NCBI RefSeq assembly: GCF_009914755.1
Contig: NC_060938.1
DNA: 64,000 nucleotides
Reading direction: 5' to 3' (one strand)
Source: the human T2T-CHM13v2.0 reference genome, Homo sapiens
A program made the position numbers and the translations under genes. Below, piece after piece: positions 42,461 through 54,890 of the stretch. The notes beneath the pieces were generated by a model. The model saw only the letters and a program-made list of their open reading frames with translations. It was not told the DNA's origin and made no database searches. Positions within the stretch are counted from its first letter, which is position 1, and every line of letters starts with the position of its first letter.

Positions 42461-43289
42461 ATTCAAGTCCTTTTCATTTTGTCCCGGAGGAATAGTTTTA
42501 GTAGTTTGAGTTTGCATTCAATCATCTCCCCTTTCGCTTTTTCATCAGTTTATTCCTTTGCAGTTCATCCAGCAGCCTATCAAGGACCTAGTATGTGTTA
42601 AGTATTATGGAGACGGGGATATTTTTCTGAGAAATGGAGGCTGTAGGTGTGTCTCTAGCACCTAACACAGTGCTTGGCACATGGACAATGCCCTGTATAT
42701 ATTTCATGGAATGGGTGCAACTCCCTGCCCTTGAAAAGTGTTCAGTGTGTCTGTAGAAGTCCAGTGCCAGATGGGAGTGTCACTGGTGCAGTGAGCCAGG
42801 GACAGGGAGCAGAGAAAGAACAATTGAGAATATCAGAGGGAGATGATCCTCCGGCTGCTTCTGCTGGCCTGGACATTTGAAGGGATTTCTTACTGGGACT
42901 GGCTCTTTTGTTCTGTGGTTTGTATTTCTGCCTTTGTGCGAATGACTTGTCTGACATTTCTGGGACTCCATCCTGATATGCAGGCCAGACAGGTGGGATC
43001 CCAGTAGGGAACTAGGTATGCCTTTCTGTGTATTCCAGGAAGAGTTTAACCTTGGGCAGACAGGGCTAGTCTTTTTGACTTTATGGTATGTTTAATATCA
43101 ACACCTGGTTGGGGGTAGGGATAATAAATGTTTGGCTTACAGGACTTGCAGCTTTGCAAGATACAGTGGTGGTGCATACACTTATATTTGTTATGACTCA
43201 TCTTAGTGCAAAGGCAATGGAGTACCTCTAGAAAAATTGCACATTTAAGGGGATAATTTCAGTGGTGACTTTAGTGGGTTTTAGAAGCA

Positions 43290-43688
43290 CGTGAGAAGTA
43301 AATATGGGGGACTCTGGAGCTAGAATGCCTGGGTTCATAGCTCTTATCTTTTCTTTTTCTTTTTTTTTGAGATGGGGGTCTCACTATATCACCCAGGCTC
43401 ACCTTGAACTCCTGGGTTCAAGTGATTCTTTTGCCTCAGCCTCCCAAGTAGTTGGGACTGCAGGCATGAACCACTGTGGCTGGTCAGCTCATAGCTCCAT
43501 CTTTTATTGGTCATGTTACCTTGGGCAATGTTGTTAGCTTCTCTGTACCTTAGTTTTATTGCTGTAAAATGGTTCTAATAATTACAGGCTACCTCATTGG
43601 AAGTTGAGAGGATTAAATGAGATGATATATTTAAAGTGCTTAAATTCTTGGCTCATAATAAGCATTCAGTAAATGTGAGCTATTATTT
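43290..43688 (+). mobile_element. MIR SINE interrupted by a FLAM
   Basis: GACTCTGGAGCTAGAATGCCTGGGTTC before the insertion; ACCTTGGGCAA..CTCTGTACCTTAGTTT..TGTAAAATGG..GAGGATTAAATGAGAT after it. Confidence 0.85.
43353..43488 (-). mobile_element. FLAM (free left Alu monomer, FLAM_A-like)
   Basis: Monomer of about 135 bp; TSD TCATAGCTCTTATCTTTT / TCATAGCTCCATCTTTT. Confidence 0.85.
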
Positions 43689-44065
43689 CTCTTTCTCCTC
43701 CTCATTTTTAATTTTTTAAATACTACCTCTATTACTATTGTGAATAATGTCATTATAAAGGTGCAACTAGATCATGTTTATGAAGGTAGGTAATTGCCTA
43801 GCACAGGCCTGGCACAGATAAGCACTGAGCAAATGTTAGTTTTCTTTCACATGGGTCATTAAAGTCCGTCTGTAAAGTCTCAGGGACTTTCTCATCATTT
43901 TCCCTAAACCTAATGCAAGATATTCACATTTCTTTTTGTGCAAAGAACAATCTTAATTCAGCTGATAATCGGGGCCTCCCTTACCTTCCCACTGCTCACT
44001 ATAACAGAGAACAAGTACTAGCTCATAACTTTTTATGACTTTGTATTGAATTAAAATTATAATGC

Positions 44066-44635
44066 TTTATTAGTTATCTTTTGCTGTTTAACACATTTCC
44101 ACAAGCTTGGCAGCTTAAAGCATCACACATTTATTATCTCATAGTTTTTAAGAGTCAGGAATCTGGGCACAGCTTAGCTGGATCCTCTGGTTTATGGTTT
44201 CTTACAGGTTGCAATCAAGGTTTTAGCCAGGGCTGAGTTCTCATCTGAAAGCTTGACTGGAGAAGAACCTGCCTCCAAGTTCACCTGGTTGTAAGCACAA
44301 CTTCATTCCTGGAGTGTTGTGGGATTGAAGGTGTCAGTTCCTAGCTGGCTGTTCACTAGAGGCTGCCCTCAGTTTCTTGCCGTGTGGGCTTTCCCATCAT
44401 GGCAGCTTCACCAAAGTCATGAGAGAGAGAGGGAGAGAGAGAGACAGAGCCTGCTAACTAGATGGAAGTTGCAATCTTATATAAAGTAATCACAGAATTG
44501 ATACCCCATCAACTTTGCTGTATTCTGTTTGTTACACACAAGTCACAAGTTCAACGCAAACTCTAAAGGAAGGGATTATGTAAGGATGTGATACCAGGAG
44601 GTGGGGACCATTGAGGCTATCGTAGTCTGCCATAG
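44066..44635 (-). mobile_element. MLT1E-like MaLR solo LTR
   Basis: CACATTTATTATCTCATAGTTT..GTCAGGAATCTGGGCACAGCTTAGCTGG..CTAGAGGCTGCCCTCAG..ACCAGGAGGTGGGGACCATTGAGGC. Confidence 0.85.
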
Positions 44636-45655
44636 CATGCCTGACCTGTGGGTTGTCTTTTAGATGCTTTATTTTGCCTAATTTTATTTTATTTTTTAAC
44701 CTCAGTTCAGAGAATTCAATTTATTAGAACAGGTCTGAATGGTACAGAGGTGCTTTAATTATTCAGCAGAATTCTGGAAATTTTAAGTTTTCTAGAAATG
44801 TATAGTTTTGCTTTACTTTTTCTCCCCTTATAAATAGAAACCTGTCCTTCCATGAATGAATGCTACAGTTTCAGAGATGCTTTGTTTTTCCCCTGATTGA
44901 TTGTCAGTGGGCAGTAGCCTCTAATAAAGGGAACAGTTTTAAGTTTCCTTTTCTTCTCAGCTTCTCTGTTAAATGGTTAATGATCTGGAAGCAAGTACTT
45001 GGAGGTCCTTAGGGAGCTCCTATTTAAAGGAACACTGTGAAGAGAAGTTGCCTTCTACAGTAAAAAAGTGGGGATGATTAGTCCTCCATTTACATGTTTA
45101 GTAAATCTGAATATTTAGACTTCCACGGATACCCCCTGCCAACCCCCGCCAAATAGATGAGCTGAAAGTACAGGATAGTACTCTACATGCATCTGACTGA
45201 GAAAGACTTTTACTATCTCACCTTAGGGTCCTAAGAGAAGACAGCTGGATGGTTGCATGGCGGTAGAGGTGTCAGGAAAAGCTCCCTTATAATTATTTTC
45301 ATTCCTATGTTTCTACTCAATACTATTTAAACTGAAATGGGGCTTCATCTGCTCCTTTGTTTATTCAGCAAATACTTTTGAGCATTTTTTATGATCCAGC
45401 TACTGTGCTAGGTGATGGGGTTACAATAAGATACAGTCCCAGCCTTCAAAAACTTATGTGCTCAAACGTTATTCTCCAAATCTTTATTCTGTTTCTCATC
45501 TATCATTAATGGGAATAGACAGCTCATTTTTTATTGTTCTTGGAGGCTAGAGAGTACAGGCAAATGCAGATGATCAAGCCTTTCTTATTGCCCCACTCCT
45601 AGTTGATTCCCTCTCCCTTTCTTTTACTTATGACATGCAACTTCCACAAAGGCAG

Positions 45656-46213
45656 TTTATGTTAGTTATCTATGGCTGCATAACAAATTACTGTTGAACT
45701 TAGCAGCTAAAGACAAAAACATTTATTATTTCACAGTTTCCATGGAGGAGGAACTCAGGCATACCCTTGCTGCGTCCTGTAACTCAGAATCTCTCAGAAG
45801 GTTATCATTGAGGTGTCCCCTAAGGCTGCAGTCATCCTAAGGGTCGACTGGCAAAAGGTCTGCTTCCAAGCTTTCTCCCGGTTGTTGGCAGGATTTAGTT
45901 CCTCACTGGCTATTGGCCAGATCCCTCCCTCATTGCCTCACCGTGTGGACCTTTCCATAGAGCGGCCCATGGCATGGCAGCTTGCTTTACTAGAGAGAGC
46001 AAGTGGGAAGAGCCAGAGAGTTATAAACAAGACAGAAGCTATAGTCTTTGGTAAGCTAAACTTGGAAGTTATGTCCCATCACTTTTGTTGTATTCTATTC
46101 AAAAAAAGCTACTTACTAGGTCTAGCCCACACTCAGGTGGAGAAGGTTATACTTGGGCACAAATACTAGGAGGTAGGGATTGTTGTGAGCCATTATAGAA
46201 GTTGTCTACCATG
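45656..46213 (-). mobile_element. MLT1E/F-like MaLR solo LTR
   Basis: GTTAGTTATCTATGGCTGCATAACAAATTAC..GGCTGCAGTCATC..GTCCCATCACTTTTG..CTACCATG; perfect 5-bp TSD GGCAG (45651-45655 / 46214-46218). Confidence 0.88.
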
Positions 46214-46627
46214 GGCAGAAGGACATTTCAATTCTGGAAGGTATCTGATATGGAGACTCTTAAGGCACAATGAGTTACCCGTGAGCTACCTCTTGTACAT
46301 TCATAGCTGTCCACCCTTTTTATATTTTCTGTGGTATCAGCACAGAGATTGGGGGCAGGGGGTGGAAGCATGGAATAAGGAATTAGATGCCAAAACTAAG
46401 AATTTTATTTTTTACAAAGCGTTATCACATATTAAATCTGGAAAGGACATTAGAGGGCCTTATGCAAATGAATAAACTGGCCTAGAGATCTTCTATGCAG
46501 CCCCCCCAGGGTCTGTTCTACTGCAGACCCTGGATCTCCTATAACAGAACTATAACAGAACACTGGATCTCCACAGAAAGCCACAAAGGCCCAGAGATGT
46601 GTTCGCACAGATGTCATCATCCCTCTT

Positions 46628-46821
46628 CTAGTCCCTGCAGGAGCCTCATGGGAGATCACGTGACCAGTATTTCACAGCTCTTTCCCCCAGCACAGAAATA
46701 CCTGCCGTGTTGAGAGGCCTGTCCATCTCCTAGTCCCTGCTAGAGCCTCATGGACAATCACGTGAACAGTATTTCCCAGCTCCTTCTCCCAGCACAGGAA
46801 CACCCTGCCATGTTGAGAGGC
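46628..46821. repeat. Diverged tandem duplication, period 102 bp
   Basis: CTAGTCCCTGC..GAGCCTCATGG..ATCACGTGA..CAGTATTTC..CCCAGCACAG..CCTGCC.TGTTGAGAGGC at 46628 and 46730. Confidence 0.95.
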
Positions 46822-48330
46822 TCACTCAAGAGCCTCATGATCTGCCTGCTACCTAGCAATAGCTTTGTTACATAGGTTGATTCTGCCTTGTGCCTAGAAA
46901 ATAAATCATGTTTAGGATTAATAATAGTTTATATAATTAATATATGTGCCATGCTTGAGCCAACACATTCCATCACTTATCTTCAGGCTGGCTGCCTCCT
47001 GGGGGCCACTAGGTCTCGAGCTGCAGGCTGAGCATGCTGGGTAACAATGCTATAAGTCTGCTTACTGGACCCAGTCCTACAGCCTATGAATATTCTTTTC
47101 TGTATTTGAATAGCAATAGCTGGAGATGCACAAGTCTTGATAAAATAATTTTACATTTGTTATATTCACTTTTTTTCTTGCCTGTCAAAAATGTCAGCTT
47201 TTACTCTCTGGCTTGCAATCTAAATGGACCCAATTTTACCTTAGCTACTTTGATATGATATTAGCTGCTTAGGGCAATTGCAAGAAATACCATACAAGGG
47301 TTAATCTCCCTCACCCTTCCATTCCTTTGATATGCTGTTGGAAATTTCAAAGTGCTCAAACACGGAGATGAGGAGGCAGAGGGTAAATGGATACAGAATG
47401 GCTGGGAAAGGGAGTAGCAGTGGTTGGCTGCTCTTAAGATCTCTCTCCCATGGCCTGGTGCCATGAGTCTGTGTCCAGTGTGATTTTTGGCAATTTCTAC
47501 ATTCTATGTGTATTTGTGAAGTACTGTTTTTGCATCAGATGATATCTAAGGATAAATTTTGTGTTAGAGGAGTGTAGTTACTTGGGAGGAAAGCAGTGCC
47601 ATATTATTTTATATTAAACATCACTGGCAGAAATATGAGGATGGGTAAATGTCTACTGATAATTTAATAGATTTTACCTGCCTAAATGACATTATTTGCA
47701 ATCTGTTTATTTAGTTAGTAGCAAATCCTGGCACATTAGCATAATACCTAAGGGCAAAATATTGGATTGACTGTTTGTTTGCCCTTAGGTTATTTTTAAA
47801 AAGCTACTTGTATAAATTAAAAAATAAAGCGAGGCTTGGTTGCTAAGAGGATGGTGGGATTTGTAGACTGCACAGGAGACTAATGCAAATCAAAGAGACC
47901 AGGAAGGAAAGGCCAGGAGAACAACAGACAACAGGTGAATATCCAGAAACCAGCAGATTCTAACAGGCAAGAGGTAGAGGCTCAAGGGGAGACAGATGAT
48001 TGATTGGCTTCAGAGAGGTCTGGTAGGAATCTAGGTTGTCAGCTGGGATCGTGATCTTCAGAACAGACCAGTGTGGGGCAAGCCCAAAGCAATAACTTGG
48101 GGTCAGGCATGAGGTCAGGGCAAGGCAGTGGGAGAATTGTAAGCTTTGAGGTATGTGTAGGTTAGGGGCTTGGTCAGGACCACCATCAGCAGGATCAGGA
48201 TTAGGGCTCATGGGTCTTGAACTTCTTTCATTCTTCCTGACCAGAGGCAGGGCTAGTCCCAGGGCCTAGGACAAGGCTAAGCCTGAAGGTGGACATTATG
48301 TGACAACCAACAAAAGGAGGAACATCATAC

Positions 48331-48462
48331 TAGAGTCACCGTATGTCCTAGTTTCTCTAGGACAGGCCCACTTTACATGTGTTGTTCCAGCATGATAATC
48401 AGTGGTTCTCCCCTTTCACTTGAAAGTGACTGACTTGCGTGATAAGTTACATAGTTACCCTG
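48331..48462 (-). mobile_element. MER94 hAT-Blackjack element
   Basis: TAGAGTCACCGTATGTCCTAGTTT..GGACAG..TGTTGTTCCAGC..CCCCTTTCACT..GATAAGTTACATAGTTACCCTG follows the MER94 reverse complement. Confidence 0.75.
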
Positions 48463-48467
48463 ATTAT

Positions 48468-48748
48468 TTTCCAGAATGTGTTTCATAAAAATCTTTTTAG
48501 AAGAATGTCATCCAGAGACCACAAAAGTAGAGTTCTCTAGTCACATAAGTATGGCAAATCCAGAATGAAAGGAAGTTTAATGGAGGAGTCTTTACTGCAG
48601 GATTTCTCACTGCCTTTATATGCTAAATTATAATAGGAATTGCTAAGAGGGGAATAGAGTTCTTAGTTTCCCATCCTTGGTTGATCTATTTGTACACTTT
48701 GGTACTCCTGAGACTACGTTATGTGGAACACACTTTGGGAAACCCTGG
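48468..48748. mobile_element. hAT-Charlie non-autonomous element (MER103-like)
   Basis: Termini TTTCCAGAATGTGTTTCAT / ATGTGGAACACACTTTGGGAAACCCTG form imperfect inverted repeats. Confidence 0.55.
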
Positions 48749-50053
48749 TTAGTTGAATATGGGGTCAGAAAGGGAAACTGGTCATTGCTCCTGCTGTAAT
48801 AAGGGTGCTTGCAAAGACAGCAGTCACCAGTTAAATAAATAATTCTGGAAACAACAACTGCAGACTCTGACAAAATCTTCAATTTGCTGATTATTGACTG
48901 ACATTAGCAGAGGTATATGTGACTAGCCCTAGCTGAGTAACTTTCTGAAGGATGACTTGTTCTCTAGCTCATTGGCAAAACCACTTACTACTTAGGGCAT
49001 GGGAAGAAAGAGAATTTTCTTTGTTAAGTCTTTAACTCCATGATGTTCTTAAAGGAGAGATGAATGAGGAGATAATGGTGTGTATGCTGTGTCTCTGTGT
49101 ATGGGGAAGGGGCCTCAGGAACTATGTATTTTTCACCAGCATTCCAGGTAATTCTGATAAAGGTAGCCCTCAAACCATTTATGGAGAAACATTTCCTGGG
49201 AGTTCTGATGAGAAACTCATGGTGATAAAAACCCATTCATAGTGGTCATTTCTTTAATCATATGAGTCCTTTGATATGATGGCCAGTGATCTGATATTTG
49301 CGAAGTTCCCACTATGTGCCACACCCTATCTATGTGCTTTCAGTGCTTAACGTATACTGTGTGAAATAGTCCTCATAGAAATTTAGCAATGGCCCCATTT
49401 TACAGAAGATGTCTAAAGATAGACCTTCAAGTGGGCCCGACTTACTAGGCCATTCCATCCGGGCCCGACAAGAGGGTCACAGCTCTTAGACCCACCCCTC
49501 AGCAACTCCCTAGGACAAGGACACAATGAGGCAAATCTCTGAGCCTTTGCCCTAAGGTTACACAAAGCTCATTTAGAGCCTTAACAAGCATTAAGACCAT
49601 TCCATTACAAACAGGACCATATGCTGACACATTTTATCTCTCTGCCTGGTGGAATGGGTCAATATCAAACAAGCTAATCCAGGGAGAATGATGCATTGAT
49701 TTCCTAGGCCTTACCAAGTGTGCAGGCTGAAGTCAACCTACCTAGGAAGGTTTTTTTTTTAAGATGAGGTGGAAGAGAGAATACAGCAAGAAACAAGGAG
49801 AAAGATTTGCTTTGCTTTTGTTATGGAGTTACAAATCCAGACAAGTGACATAAGCAGCTTCTTGTTTTTAGCTGGGCCAAAGAATGTTTTTCTTTTTTAA
49901 TCTTATTGAAGAGCCAGGATCTTTGTAATTCCATCAAGGATTTCAAACTCAAATGCTTACAGGGGCTTGGAGCATGAGGAGATTTAGAACTGCCTGCTGG
50001 GTGGGATCTATGGTGACCTAAAGAAGACCTGCCTCTTCTAAAGGGGACTCCTG

Positions 50054-50256
50054 ATAATAATGTATTGTATGTTTCAAAATAACCAAGAGCAAATTTCAAA
50101 TGTCTTACTCTAAAAATGCTAGATGAGCAAGATGATAAAGATGATAATTAGCCTGATTTAATCATTTCGCATTGTATACGTGTCAAAAGATCACATAATA
50201 TTCCATAAATGTATACAATCATTTATCTATCAAAAATAATAACAAAAAATAAAAAA
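50054..50256 (+). mobile_element. L1MA 3' end
   Basis: AATAATGTATTGTATGTTTCAAAATA..TAATTAGCCTGATTTAATCATT..CCATAAATGTATACAAT followed by an A-rich tail. Confidence 0.85.
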
Positions 50257-50385
50257 GCAGACTGTGCTTTTTAGCATTCAGAGAATAGATTGCCTATGGA
50301 AAATATGGCTGTTTTCTCAGAAATTTCAACTTTTTAAACAAAAGTTGAAAATCTATATTTTTTGAAAGTTTTTCTGATTTTTAAA

Positions 50386-51201
50386 AACAGACTTCTTGAG
50401 ATATAATTGATATACAAAGAGCTGTACATATCTAATTTGATGAATTTGGACATATGCAAACATCGATGATGCCTTCACCATAATCAAGGTAATAGACATA
50501 TTCAACACCTCCCAAAGTGTCCTGTGCTCCTTTCTTTTTTGTGGGTAAGACGCTTAACCTGTGATCTACCCTCAAGAAACTTTGAAGTGCTCAATACCAT
50601 ATTATTAACTATGGGCACAATGTTGTATAGCAGATCTCTAAAATTTATTCATTGAGCCTATATCCATTGAACAATTCCCCATTTCTCCCTCCCCTCCAGT
50701 CCCTGGAACTAACATTACACTCTCTGCTTCTATGAGTTTGACTATTACAGATATGTCATATAAATGGAACCCTGTAGTATTTGTCCTGTGACTGGCTTAT
50801 TTCCCTTAGCGTAATGTCCTCCAGTTTCATTCGTGTTGCAAATGATAGGATTTCCTTCTTTTAAAAAACTAAATAATAGTCATGCTTGGATGAAACTTTG
50901 GGTTGTTTCCATATGTTATTGCGAACAGTGCTGCAATAAACATGGGGGTGCAGATATCTCTTTGAGTTCCTGGTATCAATTGTTTAGATATATGTCCAGA
51001 AGTGGGATTGCTGGATCATATGGTAGTTTTATTTTTAATCTTTTGAGTAGCCTTCATACTGTTTTTCATAGCTCATACTACATTCCTACCAACAGTATAC
51101 AGGGGGTCCAATTTCTCTACATCCTTACTAATAGTTGTTATCAGTTTTTTTGGATAATAACCACCCTGACAGGTGTGAGGTAATATCTCATATCTCATTG
51201 T

Positions 51202-51236
<35 letters not shown>

Positions 51237-51582
51237 GAGATGGGGGTCTCACTATGTTGTACAGGCTGGAGGGCAATGGCTATTCACAGGCACAATCATA
51301 GCATGCTACAGCCCTAAATTCCTGGGCTCAAGTGATTCTCTTGCCTCAGTCTCCCAAGTGGCTAGGAGTACAGGTGCATACCATCACACCTGGTTCTCAC
51401 TGTAATTTTAATGTTTATTTCCCTGATAATTAACAATGTTGATCATCTTGTATATAATTGTAGGCCATTTTTGTGTGTTTTTGGAGAAATATCTGTTCAC
51501 CTCCTTTGCCCATTTCTTAATCAGGCTTTTTTCTTGTTATTGAGTTGTAGGCATTCCTTATATATTTTGGGAATTATCCCTA
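50386..51582 (-). mobile_element. L1 3' region (L1MA9-L1MB-like)
   Basis: TTGAGATATAATTGATATAC..CACAATGTTGTATAGCAGATCTCTA..CCAGAAGTGGGATTGCTGGATCATATGGTAG..TTTGGAGAAATATCTGTTCA. Confidence 0.92.
51208..51394 (-). mobile_element. FAM (fossil Alu monomer) inside the L1
   Basis: 7SL-like GGCTATTCACAGGCACAATCATAGC segment absent from dimeric Alus; TSD TCTCATTGTAGTTTT (51193-51207) / TCTCACTGTAATTTT (51395-51409). Confidence 0.85.
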
Positions 51583-51704
51583 ATGTTGCAATTAATTTGA
51601 GTGTTTAAAACATTCCATAGGCCAAATAAGACATACAGACTTCTGGTCAGTGACCTCTTTCACAGCTACATGTGGGTGACGCTATGTCACTCAAATAACG
51701 GGAC

Positions 51705-51900
51705 ACTCGTTTACTGGGTGTCCATGGTGTTGCAGACATTTCATAAGCTACCTCATGAAGTCCTCAAAACGAATCCATGGGTTGAAATAATCATGCCCAT
51801 CTTACAGATAAAAGTGAGGCCCAGAGAAACTAAATGGTTTTTCCAAGTTCACACAGCCTACATGTGGTTAGTGCAGGTCTGAATTCTGATTGGTTTGACC
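51705..51900 (-). mobile_element. MIR SINE
   Basis: CCCATCTTACAGATAAAAGTGAGGCCCAGAGAAACTAAATGG..CCAAGTTCACACAGC. Confidence 0.75.
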
Positions 51901-53338
51901 AGAAAGAGCTGCAGATTTGGGGAAGTTTTGTTTTCTCTCCTCTGGGGAAAAAGAGTCCCACTCAGGGTTATTCCATTACTACAGATGGTCACTGCCCCGG
52001 GGCCAGGGCCATGCCACTTTTCTCCAAAGGTTAGTCCCACCGGTATGTGATGCAGTTGGTGGACTGGCTCTCCTTTGATTAGCATGAGCGACGAGTTAGT
52101 AATTGATCATCCACCTTTCTAAGGTTGCCAAGCTTAGATTTACTATATTTTGTAAAATCACCCTTCCACGTCCTTAAAGTCCACGTGCATAGTCTATCTA
52201 GATTCTGATATTTCATGTGTGAAATTAATCCTCTCGGACTGTAATGAAAATGTGGCTGTTAGCCTCTAATTAAGATGTGTGTATATTGATTGCAGTGGTC
52301 AAGTCTGTCCACTGATATATTAAAATAAATAAGCATCCATTTTATATTGGAAATTTTGTGACACTTCTTGAGACACCTTGAGTTTCTCTGAGTTGTTACA
52401 AAACCAGAGCAAAGAGTCAAAGCTGTAATTTCTGCCTATCACTGGCTTTTGAATAGATTATGAACTCTTAGAGGATTGGGTTTGTATCTATATAGTTCTC
52501 TTTATACAGAGATGAAGGCTTTCACAGCAGTATCTATAATTGGGTGTTTAATAAATGCTTTTTGATGAGGGTAATGGTATGGAAATAAAGCTCTTGAGAT
52601 CCAGAGTTTGCTTGGATTTCTTGCCTCATTAGGGAGGAAAAGGTGAATGGGGATGCATGGGTAAATACGAATGTCAATCTCAGGTAGGAAACCATATGCT
52701 CTTCTAGCATGAAATGCTGAAAAGAGAGAAACCAGAAGGGTGTGACTAAGACAGAAATTCTGCTGATTGACACTAATACCGGTATTTACCAATCTTCTGT
52801 AACGAGGTAGACTCCATTTAGAATCTGGTGATGTATCGCATACAAGTTAGATTGCTTGACAAGTCACACCAAGGTTTACTCAAAGTCACTGCCATTATGG
52901 TATATAATCACAGGCTCACCAGTGTCCCACAAGGGTGAAGGCAGAGGTTAATGGTTTTCTTTTTATTTGCATTATTACTTGATCTCTGGCTTTCCTGGTG
53001 AGATGGGTTTTTATAAGCTCTTCCCATCTCACTTTTTGAAGTGTTTTTAAGCTATTTTAAGGCTGTTTTATAGGTGCCTTTTCTTATGTTTGTTTTGTAT
53101 GCTAGAAAGTAAGTAAAGAGGATCCAGGATATGAGCTATTGATACTACCAGGCACACTGAAGTAAGTATTAAGTCTTTTATTGAGCTTTCTAAATGGCAA
53201 AGTATATTTCTTTTTTATTTAAAATGTTAAAAAAAAAAGTGGTCAATTCTAACTAACTGCCCTAAATGTATCAAAAGGCCCTTAGAAGTTTTCTTCTTTG
53301 CCACCATGGTGAATCCTTCAAGCAAATTGATTTTAAGC

Positions 53339-53422
53339 TTGTACAACAATGTGAATGCAATGACACTAAAGTGTACACTTAAAATGGTACATTTTATGTA
53401 TGTATATTTTACCACAATAAAA
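53339..53422 (+). mobile_element. Very short 5'-truncated L1 (L1MB-like) 3' end
   Basis: TGTACACTTAAAATGG..TTTTATGTATGTATATTTTACCACAATAAAAAAA; 15-bp TSD AAATTGATTTTAAGC / AAATAGATTTTAAGC. Confidence 0.85.
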
Positions 53423-53578
53423 AAATAGATTTTAAGCAACTAATCAACTACGAGGTTGTCAGACTGATTCATAGAGCATGAGCAATATTTTGTATTCAGT
53501 ACTATAATGTAGAGAATATTACTCTGTTATAGTCAAGTGTAAAAAATATCATATTTTATTTTCCTTATGTTAAATTTG

Positions 53579-53879
<301 letters not shown>

Positions 53880-54669
53880 TTAAATTTGGCTCTGAGTTCT
53901 CATCTACTGGAAAGGTGTGTGAGAATCAATTGTGTTATATTTAAGGAAACCCATTTCTTAGGGGTCTTTGAAAATCTAAATGAGACTTACATGAGATCAG
54001 GAAAATGGGAGAGGAGAGCTGCATTCTTCCCATGGGGAACTTTGTAATCATTTTTCTCTTTGCCACACAATGGAACTCTGCGATTTGGCCCTTCACCGCC
54101 TGTTAGGTTTATATGCTTGGAAGTCAGGGAGAGGCTCCTGTAATTGACCTCTCTATTGACCACAGACTTGGCCAGAGGAGCACCTTCTGCTCTTCTCCAG
54201 GCTGCAGTGTTGTTTTCACCTCCAGAGGGACCTGCAGCAATCCTTTTCACCTTTGGCATTGCTTCAAAGGGGACATGGGTCTCTATTAGTCACAGAAACT
54301 CAGCAAGATCTTATCTCACTTCAGAAAGCTCATATCCTCTGAGTGGACTCTTCTACCTGCTTGAACCCCAGCATGCAGCCAGCCCAGATTCTCAGACAAA
54401 CCTTTGGATGAAGAAAGTGAAACTCTGAGTGACAAATAACTTTGGCTTGTCTGCCCTAAGAAACACAAATTGTTAGTGCTCTTGAAAGTAAAGGTTCTGA
54501 GACTCAGAACAGGATGGCCTAAGATCTTTTCTATATAGGGGAGGAAAAAAATGTTTTTCTGTTTTCTGAATGTCCAAGGCAGCCAGAACATGACAAAATT
54601 TTATATATATATATATATATTTTGGCAATGCCTAGATGAGTATTAGTAACATACTAGTTGCAAGGGTAG

Positions 54670-54890
54670 CTTTAGAGACAGAGAACTTGGGTTTGAATCA
54701 GGTTGAAGCAGGTTAAGTTCCCCATGCCTCAATTTTCCCCATCTGTAAAATAGAAATAACAGTAATTTTTTTATCATGAATTTACTATAAAAATAAATTA
54801 AATAAAAATTAATATGTGTAAAGTACTTTAGTCTGGCATGTAGAAAGTACTTAATGAGGAAGCTATAATAATAATAATAATAACAATTAG
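54670..54890 (+). mobile_element. MIR SINE
   Basis: TTGGGTTTGAATC..ATGCCTCAATTTTCCCCATCTGTAAAATAG..ATGTGTAAAGTACTT..CTGGCATGTAG. Confidence 0.85.

Larger units (their letters stand above)
49936..51660 (+). mobile_element. MER102-like hAT-Charlie element split by two L1 insertions
   Basis: 5' piece AGGATTTCAAACTCAAATGCTTACAGGGGC; middle piece 50257-50385; 3' piece AAAACATTCCATAGGCCAAATAAGACAT..TGACCTCT at about 51585-51660. Confidence 0.55.

Noticed and set aside
46500-46840. Repeat-spacer-like look of the clustered short repeats (CRISPR-like)
   Set aside because: Only two copies of each unit, no constant repeat with unique spacers, no cas genes, and the DNA is primate
50833-51183. 116-aa ORF
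   Set aside because: Antisense reading of a decayed L1 3' region; not an intact L1 ORF
53300-53310. Perfect Kozak context GCCACCATGG
   Set aside because: The following frame is only about 40 codons, runs into an L1 fragment, and has no promoter or splice support
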